Shown here: one piece after another, positions 26,812 to 36,142 of the stretch
Position numbering within the stretch: position 1 is the first letter of the stretch
Layout of the letters: each line of letters opens with the position of its first letter
NCBI GenBank assembly: GCA_035646355.1
Contig: DASRPN010000155.1
Location: 10,711 to 74,710 of the forward strand
DNA from: Pyrinomonadaceae bacterium
Lineage (GTDB): Bacteria > Acidobacteriota > Blastocatellia > Pyrinomonadales > Pyrinomonadaceae
DNA length: 64,000 bases
Direction: 5' to 3'
The notes under the pieces: generated by a model
What the model saw: only the letters and a program-made list of their open reading frames with translations
The model's database searches: none
Told to the model about the DNA's origin: nothing
Made by a program: the position numbers and the translations under genes

Positions 26812-27870
26812 GACACGTCGCTGAATCCATACGGTGAAAAGGATCAGGCTCAAGCCAAGCAGCGCCAGCACAAACGGGAAGAAAAATGAATCCTCGAAGA
26901 CTCGGTAAGCAAGATGGCCTAAATAGATATGCACCCCGAGTGCTCCGAACACCAGAAATGTCGATCGCCCCATCTTCACGGCCAACGCGATAAAGCCAAC
27001 GTTCAGCAACGCATACAAAGCTTTGTTTAACTCCGAGTTACTGTGCATCGAAGTCAATCCGCCCCAGAAAGCCATCATCCCAAAGAGGTAACACCAGAAG
27101 ACAAAATCTTCTGACCGCGGTTCGTTTCGCTTATGCAGGAGTTTTTCCAGTCCAAAACCGACGAGAAGTATGACCAGGCCAACGGCCACGCTGATCCATT
27201 GATTAGTTTCATAACTCAGGTGGGCCTTCTTAGCTATCAACGCTGCCAAATCCATTGAGAGAAACCAGAAGGAAAAAGCGATCGGAGCCGTGAGAAAACC
27301 AAAACGCACAAAGCGCAAGACGATTGCGGCAACTGCAATGGTCGCGAGTTCCATGACGATCCATGAGCCGTGAATCCATGGGTAATACCGCTCGTAATTT
27401 CCCGGGTCGCCATCGGGCCAAACTCCGAGTATGTCCTGTATTGAGTAGGTGAATAGAGGTACAAGACAAACGGCCACCGTTATCAATAGACCACCGCCGA
27501 TAAGATATCCTTTGCCGCGCAGCCACCATCCCAATCCGCCCGCCAACGCCATGTAGACAACCACCGTCACCAATATTCCCGGTGAGCCAAGCTCCTCCCA
27601 TTTATCACCGAGGAACCACGCGCAGGCCGAAATCATGAACATCGCACCGAAGTAATAAGCGACGGTGACGAAATTCAAACCCTTTCGGTGTTCCACTTCG
27701 ATTGGTTTCGGTGGGGCAACGCGTGGCTCATTGAAACGTTGTTCGAGACCCCAACCAACAAGTCGATCAGCATCATCCCGCGAGAGCACACCTTGTTCGG
27801 CGGCACGATAAATATCAGACGATGTAAGTGAGACTTCGTAGTTGGGAGTATCAGAATCGGCTGTAGGCAT
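26770..27870 (-). CDS. Polytopic membrane protein of unknown function
   Basis: 366 aa. Soluble N-terminal ~60 aa followed by about 9 TM helices. Its 3' end overlaps ORF 26416..26811 by 42 nt (convergent). Confidence 0.6.
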   Translation of the reverse strand: MPTADSDTPNYEVSLTSSDIYRAAEQGVLSRDDADRLVGWGLEQRFNEPRVAPPKPIEVEHRKGLNFVTVAYYFGAMFMISACAWFLGDKWEELGSPGILVTVVVYMALAGGLGWWLRGKGYLIGGGLLITVAVCLVPLFTYSIQDILGVWPDGDPGNYERYYPWIHGSWIVMELATIAVAAIVLRFVRFGFLTAPIAFSFWFLSMDLAALIAKKAHLSYETNQWISVAVGLVILLVGFGLEKLLHKRNEPRSEDFVFWCYLFGMMAFWGGLTSMHSNSELNKALYALLNVGFIALAVKMGRSTFLVFGALGVHIYLGHLAYRVFEDSFFFPFVLALLGLSLILFTVWIQRRVLSRAPLPHATEQV

Positions 27871-27896
27871 TCGGGGGTTCCCTTCGTTAGTTGGGC

Positions 27897-28469
27897 TTAC
27901 TCATTACGCCTTGGTTGCGACAATGCCGCTTCGAGCCCTCGCAGTCGCTGTGCGGTTGTACCCACAAGCTCGAGTATCGAAGGCCGATCATGCGTGAACA
28001 GACCTAAATCGTCATCGAGCAACATTCGTTCCAACCGCGCGTCTACTGCGCGTCTCAATTTAGGATCTTCCGATTCGGGCGCGGGCAAATCGGAGGCTGG
28101 AAGGTAGACGATCACATCGAGCAACGCCAAAGCATTCCCCGCTGCGGTGATCGATTGTTTTGCTAGCGCAGCGTCCGCCGTGTCACGGTCCAAATCTGTA
28201 AGGGCCAGCAGATATGCAACAAAATCGGCCGGACTACGCTCGAAGATGACCCGATCGCGCGAGCGGTACCGCTGAAGACGCTCGATCTGGTACTCCAACT
28301 GTCGGAAGAAATCTTCTGCTGACGGATCAGCACCGAAACCTTCGCCATACAGGTCGTTAAGGGCCTCGTATGGTTCAGGCTCGTAGATATATTCGGCGTG
28401 GGCGGAGAGGAACGCATCAATGAGTGTGCTCTTGCCAGAGCAGTGTGTTCCTGAGACTGCCACTCGCAT
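27897..28469 (-). CDS. Small P-loop ATPase/kinase-like protein (AAA_28/NadR-C-like)
   Basis: Walker A at the extreme N-terminus (VAVSGTHCSGKSTL). 190 aa. Starts 9 nt after the PP2C stop. Confidence 0.6.
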   Translation of the reverse strand: MRVAVSGTHCSGKSTLIDAFLSAHAEYIYEPEPYEALNDLYGEGFGADPSAEDFFRQLEYQIERLQRYRSRDRVIFERSPADFVAYLLALTDLDRDTADAALAKQSITAAGNALALLDVIVYLPASDLPAPESEDPKLRRAVDARLERMLLDDDLGLFTHDRPSILELVGTTAQRLRGLEAALSQPRRNE

Positions 28470-28478
28470 TGGAAACTG

Positions 28479-30191
28479 TCAGTGAATGCTCTGCCGCTTG
28501 ACGATCACGAGTGTGATGTCGTCAGCGGCGCTGGTTCCCTGAGCGAATTTAGTAAGAGAGGATTCGATGCGATCACGGATGCCGGCGGCGGACGCCTCGA
28601 CGTTGCGCGAGACTACTTCATACAAACGTGTTGGACCAAACTCTTCGCCGGTCGGGCTGACGGCTTCGGTGACACCGTCCGAGTAGATCACTAAAACATC
28701 ACCCGGCTGCAACTGCGTGCGGCCCTCGCGATACTCCGCATCCGGCTTAATACCCAACGGCAAACCGCCCGACGCAAGTTGTTCAACCGTTCCCGCCGAA
28801 TGAATGATCAGCGGCGGATTGTGACCCGCATTCAGAAACGACATCGATCCTGATTCCGGATCCAACTCTGCATAAAACAGCGTGACGAAACGATTCGCGG
28901 GAATGTTGTCCGCGAGGTAACGATTTACAGCCGAGATCGTCGCGACCAGCGAATCGTGCGACGCCGACTGCGCGTGAATCGCGGCATGCAACGACGACAT
29001 CAACAGCGCCGCTGCAGTTCCCTTGCCCGACACGTCGCCCAGCGCAATCACCAAACGTCCATCTTCACGCTCGATAAAGTCGTAGTAGTCGCCACCAATT
29101 TCGTAACAGGGAAAACTGATCCCCTGGAACTCATAACCGTTGATTTGCGGCGGCGCAGTTGGCTGGAACCGTTGCTGAATTTCGCTGGCCAGCGCGAGTT
29201 CGCGTTCGAGACGTTCGCGTTCGAGTCGCGCTTCCACCAGTCGCGCATTTTCAACGCGGATCGCGGCCACAGAGGCCAGCGTCGTTAACACTTTCAGATG
29301 GTCCTCAGTAAACCGGCCTTCAGCGATCGGCGAATCCGCGTAGATGATACCGAACACTTTTTCGGAAACGCCCAGTGGCACAGCGAGGACCGCGCGCACG
29401 CCCTGCAAAACCATCGTGCCACTCGCGAATCGCGGATCGTGTTGCGCATCAGACGTCAACACAGACTTGCCGCGGATCACAACCTCGTCAAGCACGTTGC
29501 GACTAACGCGAATCTCTCCGACTTCCCCAACGCGATCTCTCAACCTCGCGACCGCCACTCGCAGTTCTTCACCGCCCTCGTCGCGCATCATGATCACACA
29601 GCGGTCTGCGGGCACTGCTTCGAACACGAGCGTAACGATCTGTTCGAGCGTTTCATTCAACGTCGCCGAAGCCAATAACGTGATGCCCACTTTGCTGATC
29701 AGAGCCAGCAAGTCGCTTTGTTTTATTTTCGGAGCTACAGCGGTCGCCGTCGCGGCAATCTCTTCCTTGGTCCGTGCTCCCTCGATCGCTTCGAGTAGTC
29801 CCGACGTGGTCCGATCACCTGAAGCGAGTGCAATGGTCGCTTCCGGAAGCGATGTACCGGAATTGTCGGTGATCATCGTGGCGCCCATACCGGAGTTGTA
29901 TGTGCCGTCGTCAAAGATGATCTCCGTTTCGCCAATCTGAATGCGACCACCGGCCCGCAGGTGAATCACGCCGTCGACCGTCGCGCCGTTGTAGAGCGTG
30001 CCATTCGCCGAACCCAGATCCTGCAACACGTACTCGTCGCCCTCTCGACGCACCTCCGCGTGGACTCTCGACGCGAACGGGTCAGGGATACAGAGATCGT
30101 TTCGCGCCGAGCGGCCGATGGTGATGCGTAGACGGCCCAACGGGAAATGGTCGGGGGTGCGATCGGGGTACTTAACTATGAGCTCTGACAT
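28479..30191 (-). CDS. FHA - GAF - PP2C (SpoIIE-type) protein phosphatase
   Basis: N-terminal FHA (LRITIGRSARNDLCIPDPFASRVHAEV...LQDLGSANGTLYNG). Central GAF-like region. C-terminal PPM motifs (GGDYYDF, LGDVSGKG, SDGVTE, DDITLV). Confidence 0.88.
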   Translation of the reverse strand: MSELIVKYPDRTPDHFPLGRLRITIGRSARNDLCIPDPFASRVHAEVRREGDEYVLQDLGSANGTLYNGATVDGVIHLRAGGRIQIGETEIIFDDGTYNSGMGATMITDNSGTSLPEATIALASGDRTTSGLLEAIEGARTKEEIAATATAVAPKIKQSDLLALISKVGITLLASATLNETLEQIVTLVFEAVPADRCVIMMRDEGGEELRVAVARLRDRVGEVGEIRVSRNVLDEVVIRGKSVLTSDAQHDPRFASGTMVLQGVRAVLAVPLGVSEKVFGIIYADSPIAEGRFTEDHLKVLTTLASVAAIRVENARLVEARLERERLERELALASEIQQRFQPTAPPQINGYEFQGISFPCYEIGGDYYDFIEREDGRLVIALGDVSGKGTAAALLMSSLHAAIHAQSASHDSLVATISAVNRYLADNIPANRFVTLFYAELDPESGSMSFLNAGHNPPLIIHSAGTVEQLASGGLPLGIKPDAEYREGRTQLQPGDVLVIYSDGVTEAVSPTGEEFGPTRLYEVVSRNVEASAAGIRDRIESSLTKFAQGTSAADDITLVIVKRQSIH

Positions 30192-30243
30192 TTGTTCAGC
30201 AGTTCAGCAGATTATCGGGCGGCAAATGAGCAGCATCTAGAAA

Positions 30244-30732
30244 CTATAGAGAACCTTCCCGGACGACGATGGTGCCGGCAATCATATCGTGCAAACCCCG
30301 GCCATGCACGGACACAGCCGCCATTAAAAAGCCGATGCCCAACAGGGCAAACGAGACTGGATACCCGACAAAGTGGCGCAGAAACGCGCGTCCAATGCTG
30401 AGTTCGCCGCCGTCATTTCTTTCGATCCGCAAACCGGTGGCCCATTTACCGAGAGTAAAACCGGTCAAACCAGGCAGCAGTCCCAGGTTCAACACCGCCA
30501 GCGCGATCGTCATTAGAATGCCTGCCGTCTCGGCGGAACTGCCGGCGGCTCGCGCACCGCCACCCATCATGCGCGCGAACAGCGTGCTCACGACGAGCAC
30601 CGAGGCGAGCAAAATGTAATCGATCAAAATGGCGCCACAGCGCAGTGGAAACGGAGGCCGGAGCCTTTGACCAGCCTGTTTGGCGGTGCGGCTTCGAGGA
30701 TGGGAGCGGGGCAAACCCTGGGCAGCTGTCAT
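30244..30732 (-). CDS. RDD family membrane protein
   Basis: ILIDYILL..., GKWATGLRI and GLHDMIAGTIVV are typical RDD-domain motifs. 3 TM segments. Confidence 0.75.
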   Translation of the reverse strand: MTAAQGLPRSHPRSRTAKQAGQRLRPPFPLRCGAILIDYILLASVLVVSTLFARMMGGGARAAGSSAETAGILMTIALAVLNLGLLPGLTGFTLGKWATGLRIERNDGGELSIGRAFLRHFVGYPVSFALLGIGFLMAAVSVHGRGLHDMIAGTIVVREGSL

Positions 30733-30741
30733 TTTTGGAAC

Positions 30742-30904
30742 TTGTGCTTTGTACTTGGAGCTTTGTACTTTGACGTTGTCCGTGGTCAGTAGTCCGTGGG
30801 CAGCGGTGGCTTATCGATCCGTCGATCACCTGAGACTCACAACTGACCACTGACTACGACCTCTGACTACTGACAAAAACTAAGTACAAAAATCGAAGCA
30901 CAAA
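30742..30904. repeat. Composite word-repeat hairpin element J (outer GTAC/CAAAG words, inner TGACTAC/TGACCAC words)
   Basis: TTGTGCTTTGTACTTGGAGCTTTGTACTTTG-...GTCCGTGGTCAGTAGTCCGTGG ... CAACTGACCACTGACTACGACCTCTGACTACTGAC-AAAAACTAAGTACAAAAATCGAAGCACAAA. Fills the gap between the kinase stop (30905) and the RDD start (30732). Confidence 0.85.
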
Positions 30905-32800
30905 TCAGCCTACTAAAAAGTGCAACGTCGTCTCGCCGACGCGCAATTTGTCTCCGCTATCTAATACGCGTGGTTGGCGCGGCGCAAGTTTCACCGAATC
31001 GTTAATCACCGTGCCGTTCACCGATCCCAAATCCTCGACGAGAAACGTTTCACCTTCGAGCCAGATACGTGCATGACGCCGAGAGACCTTCGTTTCGGGA
31101 TCGAATCGCGAGAGATCGATCTCGGGGAAGATGTTTGAATGGGGGTCAGTGCGTCCAAGCAAGTTGCTGTCTTTCTGGAGGATGAACGACGCGTCGAGCT
31201 CCGTGGTTCCCGTGACGACGAGTTTCGCCGTCGGTCGCGCAGCGTGCAAAGTGGCGCTGGCGCCGACTGCGGCTAGCGGTTGTCGAGCACCGCAGTGCGC
31301 ACAGAACACGTCGTCCGCGGCGATGCGGCCACCACAAAAACCGCAATAGACCGTCGCGACCTGAACAGTTTCGCCGCCGAGGAGTGGCGCCGGCATGCCG
31401 AAACTGACCTGCCCCTTCATTAACCGGTCGAGATGATTTACGAGCTCGTTCCGCAACTCACCTGCCGAGCGATAGCGATCCTCCAGCCGGTACTCGACGC
31501 AGCGCATCAGAATCTGCTCCATCTCAGTCGAGATTGAAGGCGCGATCTGGCGCGGACGCGGGTTCTTCGAAAAGTCGAAAATCAGGAGCGGGTTGTCCTG
31601 CGGATCCGACCCGGTCAACAGGTGGAACATCGTTGCCCCGAGACTGTAGACGTCCGAAGCGGGCTGCACGCGTCCGCTAAACAACTCGGGCGGAGCATAA
31701 CCCATCGTGCCAACAGCCGTGACGCCTTTCTCCTGTTGTTGCGTGACCCAGCGCGCGATTCCGAAGTCGATCAGCATTATGCGTCCGGTGTTGCCGTCAA
31801 TCATCAAATTCGCGGGTTTCAGGTCGCGGTAGATGATTGGTTTGGGACGCGAATGGAGATAGTCGAGCACGTCGGCGACCTGCATGCCCCAGTCGGTGAC
31901 GGTCTTCTCATCGAGTCGTCCGCCAATCGCCGCGCGCATCCGCGACGCCAGATCGCCGCCCGAGATGTACTTCATGACGAGGTAGAAACGGCTGCGATCA
32001 GCGTCGTAGAAATAGTCGTAGATGGTCGGGATGCACGGATGCTCGAGTGACGTAAGCAGTAGTGACTCGCGTTTGAAGTCGCCGATCGCTTTCTCGTGCT
32101 GCGCCGGATCGAGATGCGATTCCATCATCTCTTTTACAGCGCGCGGCGCGTCGCCAAGATTACGATCCTTCGCGAGGTAGACCGCGCCCATACCACCGCC
32201 GCCGATCCGGCGTACGATCTCATAGCGGCCATTCAATACTGTATTCGCCGGGAGTTGCTTGACAGTCGGCTGGTGTCCGCCAGTCGTTCCACGGTGTTTC
32301 GACGTGTGACTCGCGGCTGGCTCCGCGGGAATATTGTCAGTGTACGAACCACCGAGCGAGTCTGAAGAGATGGGCTTCGGTTCTTCGACGGCTTTCGCAA
32401 CAGGCGCCGGAGCTTCCGCAACAGCAGTGGCGGATTCGTGAAAAAAGTCAGACTTCGCTCCGGCCGGATCGTCAACTCCTGGCTCTTCTTCTTGGCCAAC
32501 AGGTGTCTCGCGCGTTTCGGCGTCTTCGAATGTAGTGGCCAACTGGGCAGACGTCATTGGTGGCGCGTCTGTATCAGCCAGTTGGGCAGACGTCATCGGT
32601 GGCGCGTCTGTATCAGCCAACTGAGCAGAGGTCATCCGTGGCGCGTCGTCCTCGTCACCGAGAGTCGCCGCCATGGTCTTCAATTCCGGGTCGTTAGGAA
32701 TCAGTTGGGCGCCGCAATTGCCGCAGAAGTGTTCACCCGGGGAGTAGCGGGCACCGCATGCACTACACTCAGCCATCTCGATCCGTATTACGTCTTTCAT
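30905..32800 (-). CDS. Zinc-ribbon - Ser/Thr kinase - zinc-ribbon - FHA multidomain protein
   Basis: CSACGARYSPGEHFCGNCG. Hanks kinase core (GGGGMGAVY, VKE, YRDLKPAN, DFG, APE). CGFCGGRIAADDVFCAHCG. C-terminal FHA (LLGRTDP...SRRHARI...VEDLGSVNGT). Confidence 0.9.
   Translation of the reverse strand: MKDVIRIEMAECSACGARYSPGEHFCGNCGAQLIPNDPELKTMAATLGDEDDAPRMTSAQLADTDAPPMTSAQLADTDAPPMTSAQLATTFEDAETRETPVGQEEEPGVDDPAGAKSDFFHESATAVAEAPAPVAKAVEEPKPISSDSLGGSYTDNIPAEPAASHTSKHRGTTGGHQPTVKQLPANTVLNGRYEIVRRIGGGGMGAVYLAKDRNLGDAPRAVKEMMESHLDPAQHEKAIGDFKRESLLLTSLEHPCIPTIYDYFYDADRSRFYLVMKYISGGDLASRMRAAIGGRLDEKTVTDWGMQVADVLDYLHSRPKPIIYRDLKPANLMIDGNTGRIMLIDFGIARWVTQQQEKGVTAVGTMGYAPPELFSGRVQPASDVYSLGATMFHLLTGSDPQDNPLLIFDFSKNPRPRQIAPSISTEMEQILMRCVEYRLEDRYRSAGELRNELVNHLDRLMKGQVSFGMPAPLLGGETVQVATVYCGFCGGRIAADDVFCAHCGARQPLAAVGASATLHAARPTAKLVVTGTTELDASFILQKDSNLLGRTDPHSNIFPEIDLSRFDPETKVSRRHARIWLEGETFLVEDLGSVNGTVINDSVKLAPRQPRVLDSGDKLRVGETTLHFLVG
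32538..32647. repeat. In-frame 39-nt tandem repeat (about 2.8 copies) inside the kinase gene
   Basis: GCCAACTGGGCAGACGTCATTGGTGGCGCGTCTGTATCA repeated with a few substitutions. Encodes (DAPPMTSAQLADT)n in the linker between the zinc ribbon and the kinase domain. Confidence 0.85.
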
Positions 32801-32848
32801 TCCGAAGTTGCCGCGGCTTCTCTGGATGAAGACGCCTGGGGTAGAAGT

Positions 32849-33415
32849 CTATTTCACGATATGGAAGCGCAGAAACGTCTTGCCGACGATAATCTCGTCG
32901 CCATCACACAACGCCTGACGCTGTCCCGGAGGCAATCTCTTGCCGCGGTTGATGAACGTGCCGTTGGTCGAGCCCAAATCCTCGAGAAAGTACTGGCCGT
33001 TGCTCAAAGTAATCCGTGCGTGACGGCGAGAGACTTTGGCCTCGGGATCGTCCGTGTCGAGATCGACGTCCGGGAAGATGCCACCGTCGGCGTCCCATCT
33101 TCCAATCTGGGCTTCCACTTCACTCAACATGAACTGTTTGCCGCTCGATCTACCACGTTCGATGATTAACCTGGCGTGCGGTTTGGCTGCGGAATGGATC
33201 GAAGAAAAACTCAATCCCGCCGACACTCGTCCGGAATTGCCGGCGAGCTCCGGATGCGCACTGGGCGACGGCGTATGCGACCCGTTTTGGCCCGGTTGTT
33301 GAAACATCGTGTTTCTGGAGCTCGGACGGCCGTTGGGCCGCAACGGCGCACCGCACTCGTCGCAGTACTGCGAGCCGTCGAGATTTTCTGTTTTGCACCT
33401 GTCGCAGGTAATCAT
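32849..33415 (-). CDS. Zinc-ribbon plus FHA domain protein
   Basis: ORF 32849..33433. Likely ATG 33415 (MITCDRCKTENLDGSQYCDECG). C-terminal FHA (IGRWDADG...SRRHARI...LEDLGSTNGTF). Confidence 0.85.
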   Translation of the reverse strand: MITCDRCKTENLDGSQYCDECGAPLRPNGRPSSRNTMFQQPGQNGSHTPSPSAHPELAGNSGRVSAGLSFSSIHSAAKPHARLIIERGRSSGKQFMLSEVEAQIGRWDADGGIFPDVDLDTDDPEAKVSRRHARITLSNGQYFLEDLGSTNGTFINRGKRLPPGQRQALCDGDEIIVGKTFLRFHIVK

Positions 33416-33504
33416 CTGAATCCCAAAAAGCAAGACATTCTATCGCGAAAGCCACTCCACACGCCATCAGACAGGATCCGAGTAGTGCCCTACTTTGGAA
33501 ATCT

Positions 33505-33542
33505 TCTCTGCGTATCGCTGCGTGCCTCTGCGACTCTGCGGT
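33505..33542. repeat. Half element K (CTCTGCG words, direct copies only)
   Basis: TCTCTGCGTATCGCTGCGTGCCTCTGCGACTCTGCGG uses the same words as element D. I saw no complementary arm nearby. Confidence 0.6.
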
Positions 33543-33854
33543 TAATGCTTCTTACTCCATATTTACCGTTGCCAACACAGTTAATAGAGCACTACCAAGA
33601 TCCGGCCCATCGTTGGCAACTGAGATTTAACGACGTGCACCTGTTAAGAAAGAGGCCCGCGAAAACGTCCTATAAAGTGCGAACCTTTTTGCAGGAATTG
33701 GTGTCTAATGCGGTTGCCTCCGTTTGCTCTAAAATGAAACAGTTTGATAACTTTTCACGTAGAAGCTACCGGTTTGGCACGAGCGGTTCCGATTAGAGCC
33801 ACTACCTCGTTTTCATTTCACTAGTTTTTACCCCCGAGTCTAAGGAATTTAAAG

Positions 33855-35372
33855 ATGGCATTGAGTCGCAAAAAGAAGATTATTATCGCTGTGGCTGTGG
33901 CTGCGGTCCTTGGAATCGCTGTGATCGTCAGCGTAATCGCAACCCGCAGGGAAGAGCCTGAAGTAATTACAATCAAGCTCGCCACCAGACCGGAACTGAA
34001 GCAAACGGTCACCGCCTCAGGTGAGGTCCGTCCCATTCGTTACATCAAGCTCACGAGTGAGGTTCCCGGACGAATCGAAGAGATCTACGTGACTGCCGGC
34101 GATCTGGTCATCAAAGGCAAGCCGTTGGTCCGGATTGATCCCACCGAGCTACAGTCGAGCCAGGAGGCCCAGTGGGCCGCGACTCAGGCGTCGCTAAACG
34201 AGGTACAGAACGCGCGAACCGCAGTTTCATCGGCGCAACAGGCGCTGGTCGTTGCGGAAGCTTCCGTGGCCGCGGCGAGACAGCAGGTGGTCGCCATGCA
34301 GACCAACGTCGATCGCGCCCAGGTAGACCTGAACACAGCCCAACGCGAGTTGAAGCGTTATACCGAACTGATCGAGGCAGGCGTTTCATCGCGACTCGAA
34401 TACGACACGGCCCGCGATCGTTTTGAAACCGCCAAGATTGCCCTGGAAACCGCCAAGGCGAATCTCGAATCGCAAAAGATCGCGGTCAAAGAAGCAACCG
34501 AAAGGGCCAATCAACAGCGCATCGCCGTCAAAGACGCGCAGACCAGCATTAAGTCGTCCGAAATGCGCGCTAACCAACAGTCGGCCATGCTGCGCGGTCA
34601 AACGATTCGACGTGACAAAGCAACGCAGTTGTCACCGTTGAATGGCGTCGTTGCCGACATCCCAACCCGCGTCGGCGAGTTCGCAGTCGCCGGATTGTCA
34701 ACCACGCCGCTGATGACCATTGCGGACATGTCGCAGATCAACGTCGAAGTAAACGTCGACGAGACAGAAATCAACAACGTCAAGGTGGGCCAGGAGGCGA
34801 AAGTTAAAGTCGACGCTCTCGGCGACAAAGAGATCAAAGCGGTAGTCACGCAGAAGAACCCGCTGGCCATTTCCAAGTCAGACCAGACGGGCGGTTTGTC
34901 GAACCGCGTGAACGTGCAGGAAGCGAAAGAGTTCAAAGTCACACTCGAACTCAGAGAACTGACTGAGGAAACTCAACTTGCTTTGCGTCCAGGCATGAGC
35001 TCCACCGCGACTATCACCACCGACACGAAGACAAACGTGATGGCAGTACCGCTCGAGTCGATCGTCGAGAGACAGGCGCCGTCGAGTTCGCCGTCGCCGG
35101 CAGTCGCTGGCAGCGTTCCAACTGCCTCGCCCGAGAAGCCAAAAGCTCAGAAGGGTGTATATCTGATCGAGGGTAACAAGGTAAGATTTATCGAAGTTAC
35201 CACCGGCATCACGGGTGAAGCCGACATTGAAATCACTAGTGGTCTATCGGCCGACAAGAACCAGGAGATCGTGCGTGGTCCAAGTCGAGTCCTGAAAACA
35301 CTCAAGGATGGAATGACTGTCAAACGCCAGACGCGCAAACCCGGCAATGCGAATGGAAACGAGGGCAGCTAA
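33855..35372 (+). CDS. HlyD/MacA-type periplasmic adaptor (membrane fusion protein)
   Basis: N-terminal TM anchor, long coiled-coil (Ala/Gln-rich) hairpin, barrel-sandwich and beta-barrel patterns. Directly followed by the ABC ATPase. Confidence 0.85.
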   Translation: MALSRKKKIIIAVAVAAVLGIAVIVSVIATRREEPEVITIKLATRPELKQTVTASGEVRPIRYIKLTSEVPGRIEEIYVTAGDLVIKGKPLVRIDPTELQSSQEAQWAATQASLNEVQNARTAVSSAQQALVVAEASVAAARQQVVAMQTNVDRAQVDLNTAQRELKRYTELIEAGVSSRLEYDTARDRFETAKIALETAKANLESQKIAVKEATERANQQRIAVKDAQTSIKSSEMRANQQSAMLRGQTIRRDKATQLSPLNGVVADIPTRVGEFAVAGLSTTPLMTIADMSQINVEVNVDETEINNVKVGQEAKVKVDALGDKEIKAVVTQKNPLAISKSDQTGGLSNRVNVQEAKEFKVTLELRELTEETQLALRPGMSSTATITTDTKTNVMAVPLESIVERQAPSSSPSPAVAGSVPTASPEKPKAQKGVYLIEGNKVRFIEVTTGITGEADIEITSGLSADKNQEIVRGPSRVLKTLKDGMTVKRQTRKPGNANGNEGS

Positions 35373-36134
35373 ATGAGCAACGCGACGCTCACGCTTTCTC
35401 CTCCGGAGAACGAAGTCAAGCCAACGACTCCGCTCGATGGGCATGACCCGAACATGCTTATCTCGATGCGCAACATCTGGAAGACTTACCAGATGGGAAC
35501 GGAGTCAGTGCACGCTTTGCATGGCGTTTCGTTTGACATCCCGCGTGGCGAGTACATCGCTATCATCGGCCCGTCTGGTTCCGGCAAATCGACGTTGATG
35601 AACCTGATCGGCTGTCTTGACACCCCTACGCAGGGTGAATACTGGCTCAACGGCAAGAACGTTTCCGAGATGGACGACGACGAACTGGCGCGCATCCGCA
35701 ACCAGGAAGTCGGCTTCGTGTTTCAAACCTTCAACCTGCTGGCCCGCGCCACCGCGCTGCACAACGTCGAACTGCCGCTGATCTACGGCGGCATCGGCGC
35801 TTCGCAGCGCCACGAAATGGCGAAGAAGGCACTGACGGCCGTCGAGTTAACCGACCGCATGATGCACCGGCCCAACGAGCTATCAGGCGGTCAACGACAA
35901 CGTGTAGCCATCGCGCGCGCACTCGTGAACCACCCGTCAATCCTGCTGGCTGACGAACCCACCGGTGCGCTTGACTCGCATACCAGCATGGAAATCATGG
36001 ACCTCTTCGAACGACTGCACTCCGAAGGAAACACGATCATCGTCGTTACTCACGAGCACGACATCGCGGCACGTGCCCATCGCGTAGTTTCCATTCGTGA
36101 CGGTCTAATCGAGAAGGACGAGCGAATCAAGTAG
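35373..36134 (+). CDS. MacB/LolD-type ABC ATP-binding protein
   Basis: Walker [19 protein letters not shown], signature LSGGQRQR, Walker [15 protein letters not shown] immediately follows the adaptor stop. Confidence 0.9.
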   Translation: MSNATLTLSPPENEVKPTTPLDGHDPNMLISMRNIWKTYQMGTESVHALHGVSFDIPRGEYIAIIGPSGSGKSTLMNLIGCLDTPTQGEYWLNGKNVSEMDDDELARIRNQEVGFVFQTFNLLARATALHNVELPLIYGGIGASQRHEMAKKALTAVELTDRMMHRPNELSGGQRQRVAIARALVNHPSILLADEPTGALDSHTSMEIMDLFERLHSEGNTIIVVTHEHDIAARAHRVVSIRDGLIEKDERIK

Positions 36135-36142
36135 AAGGTTAG

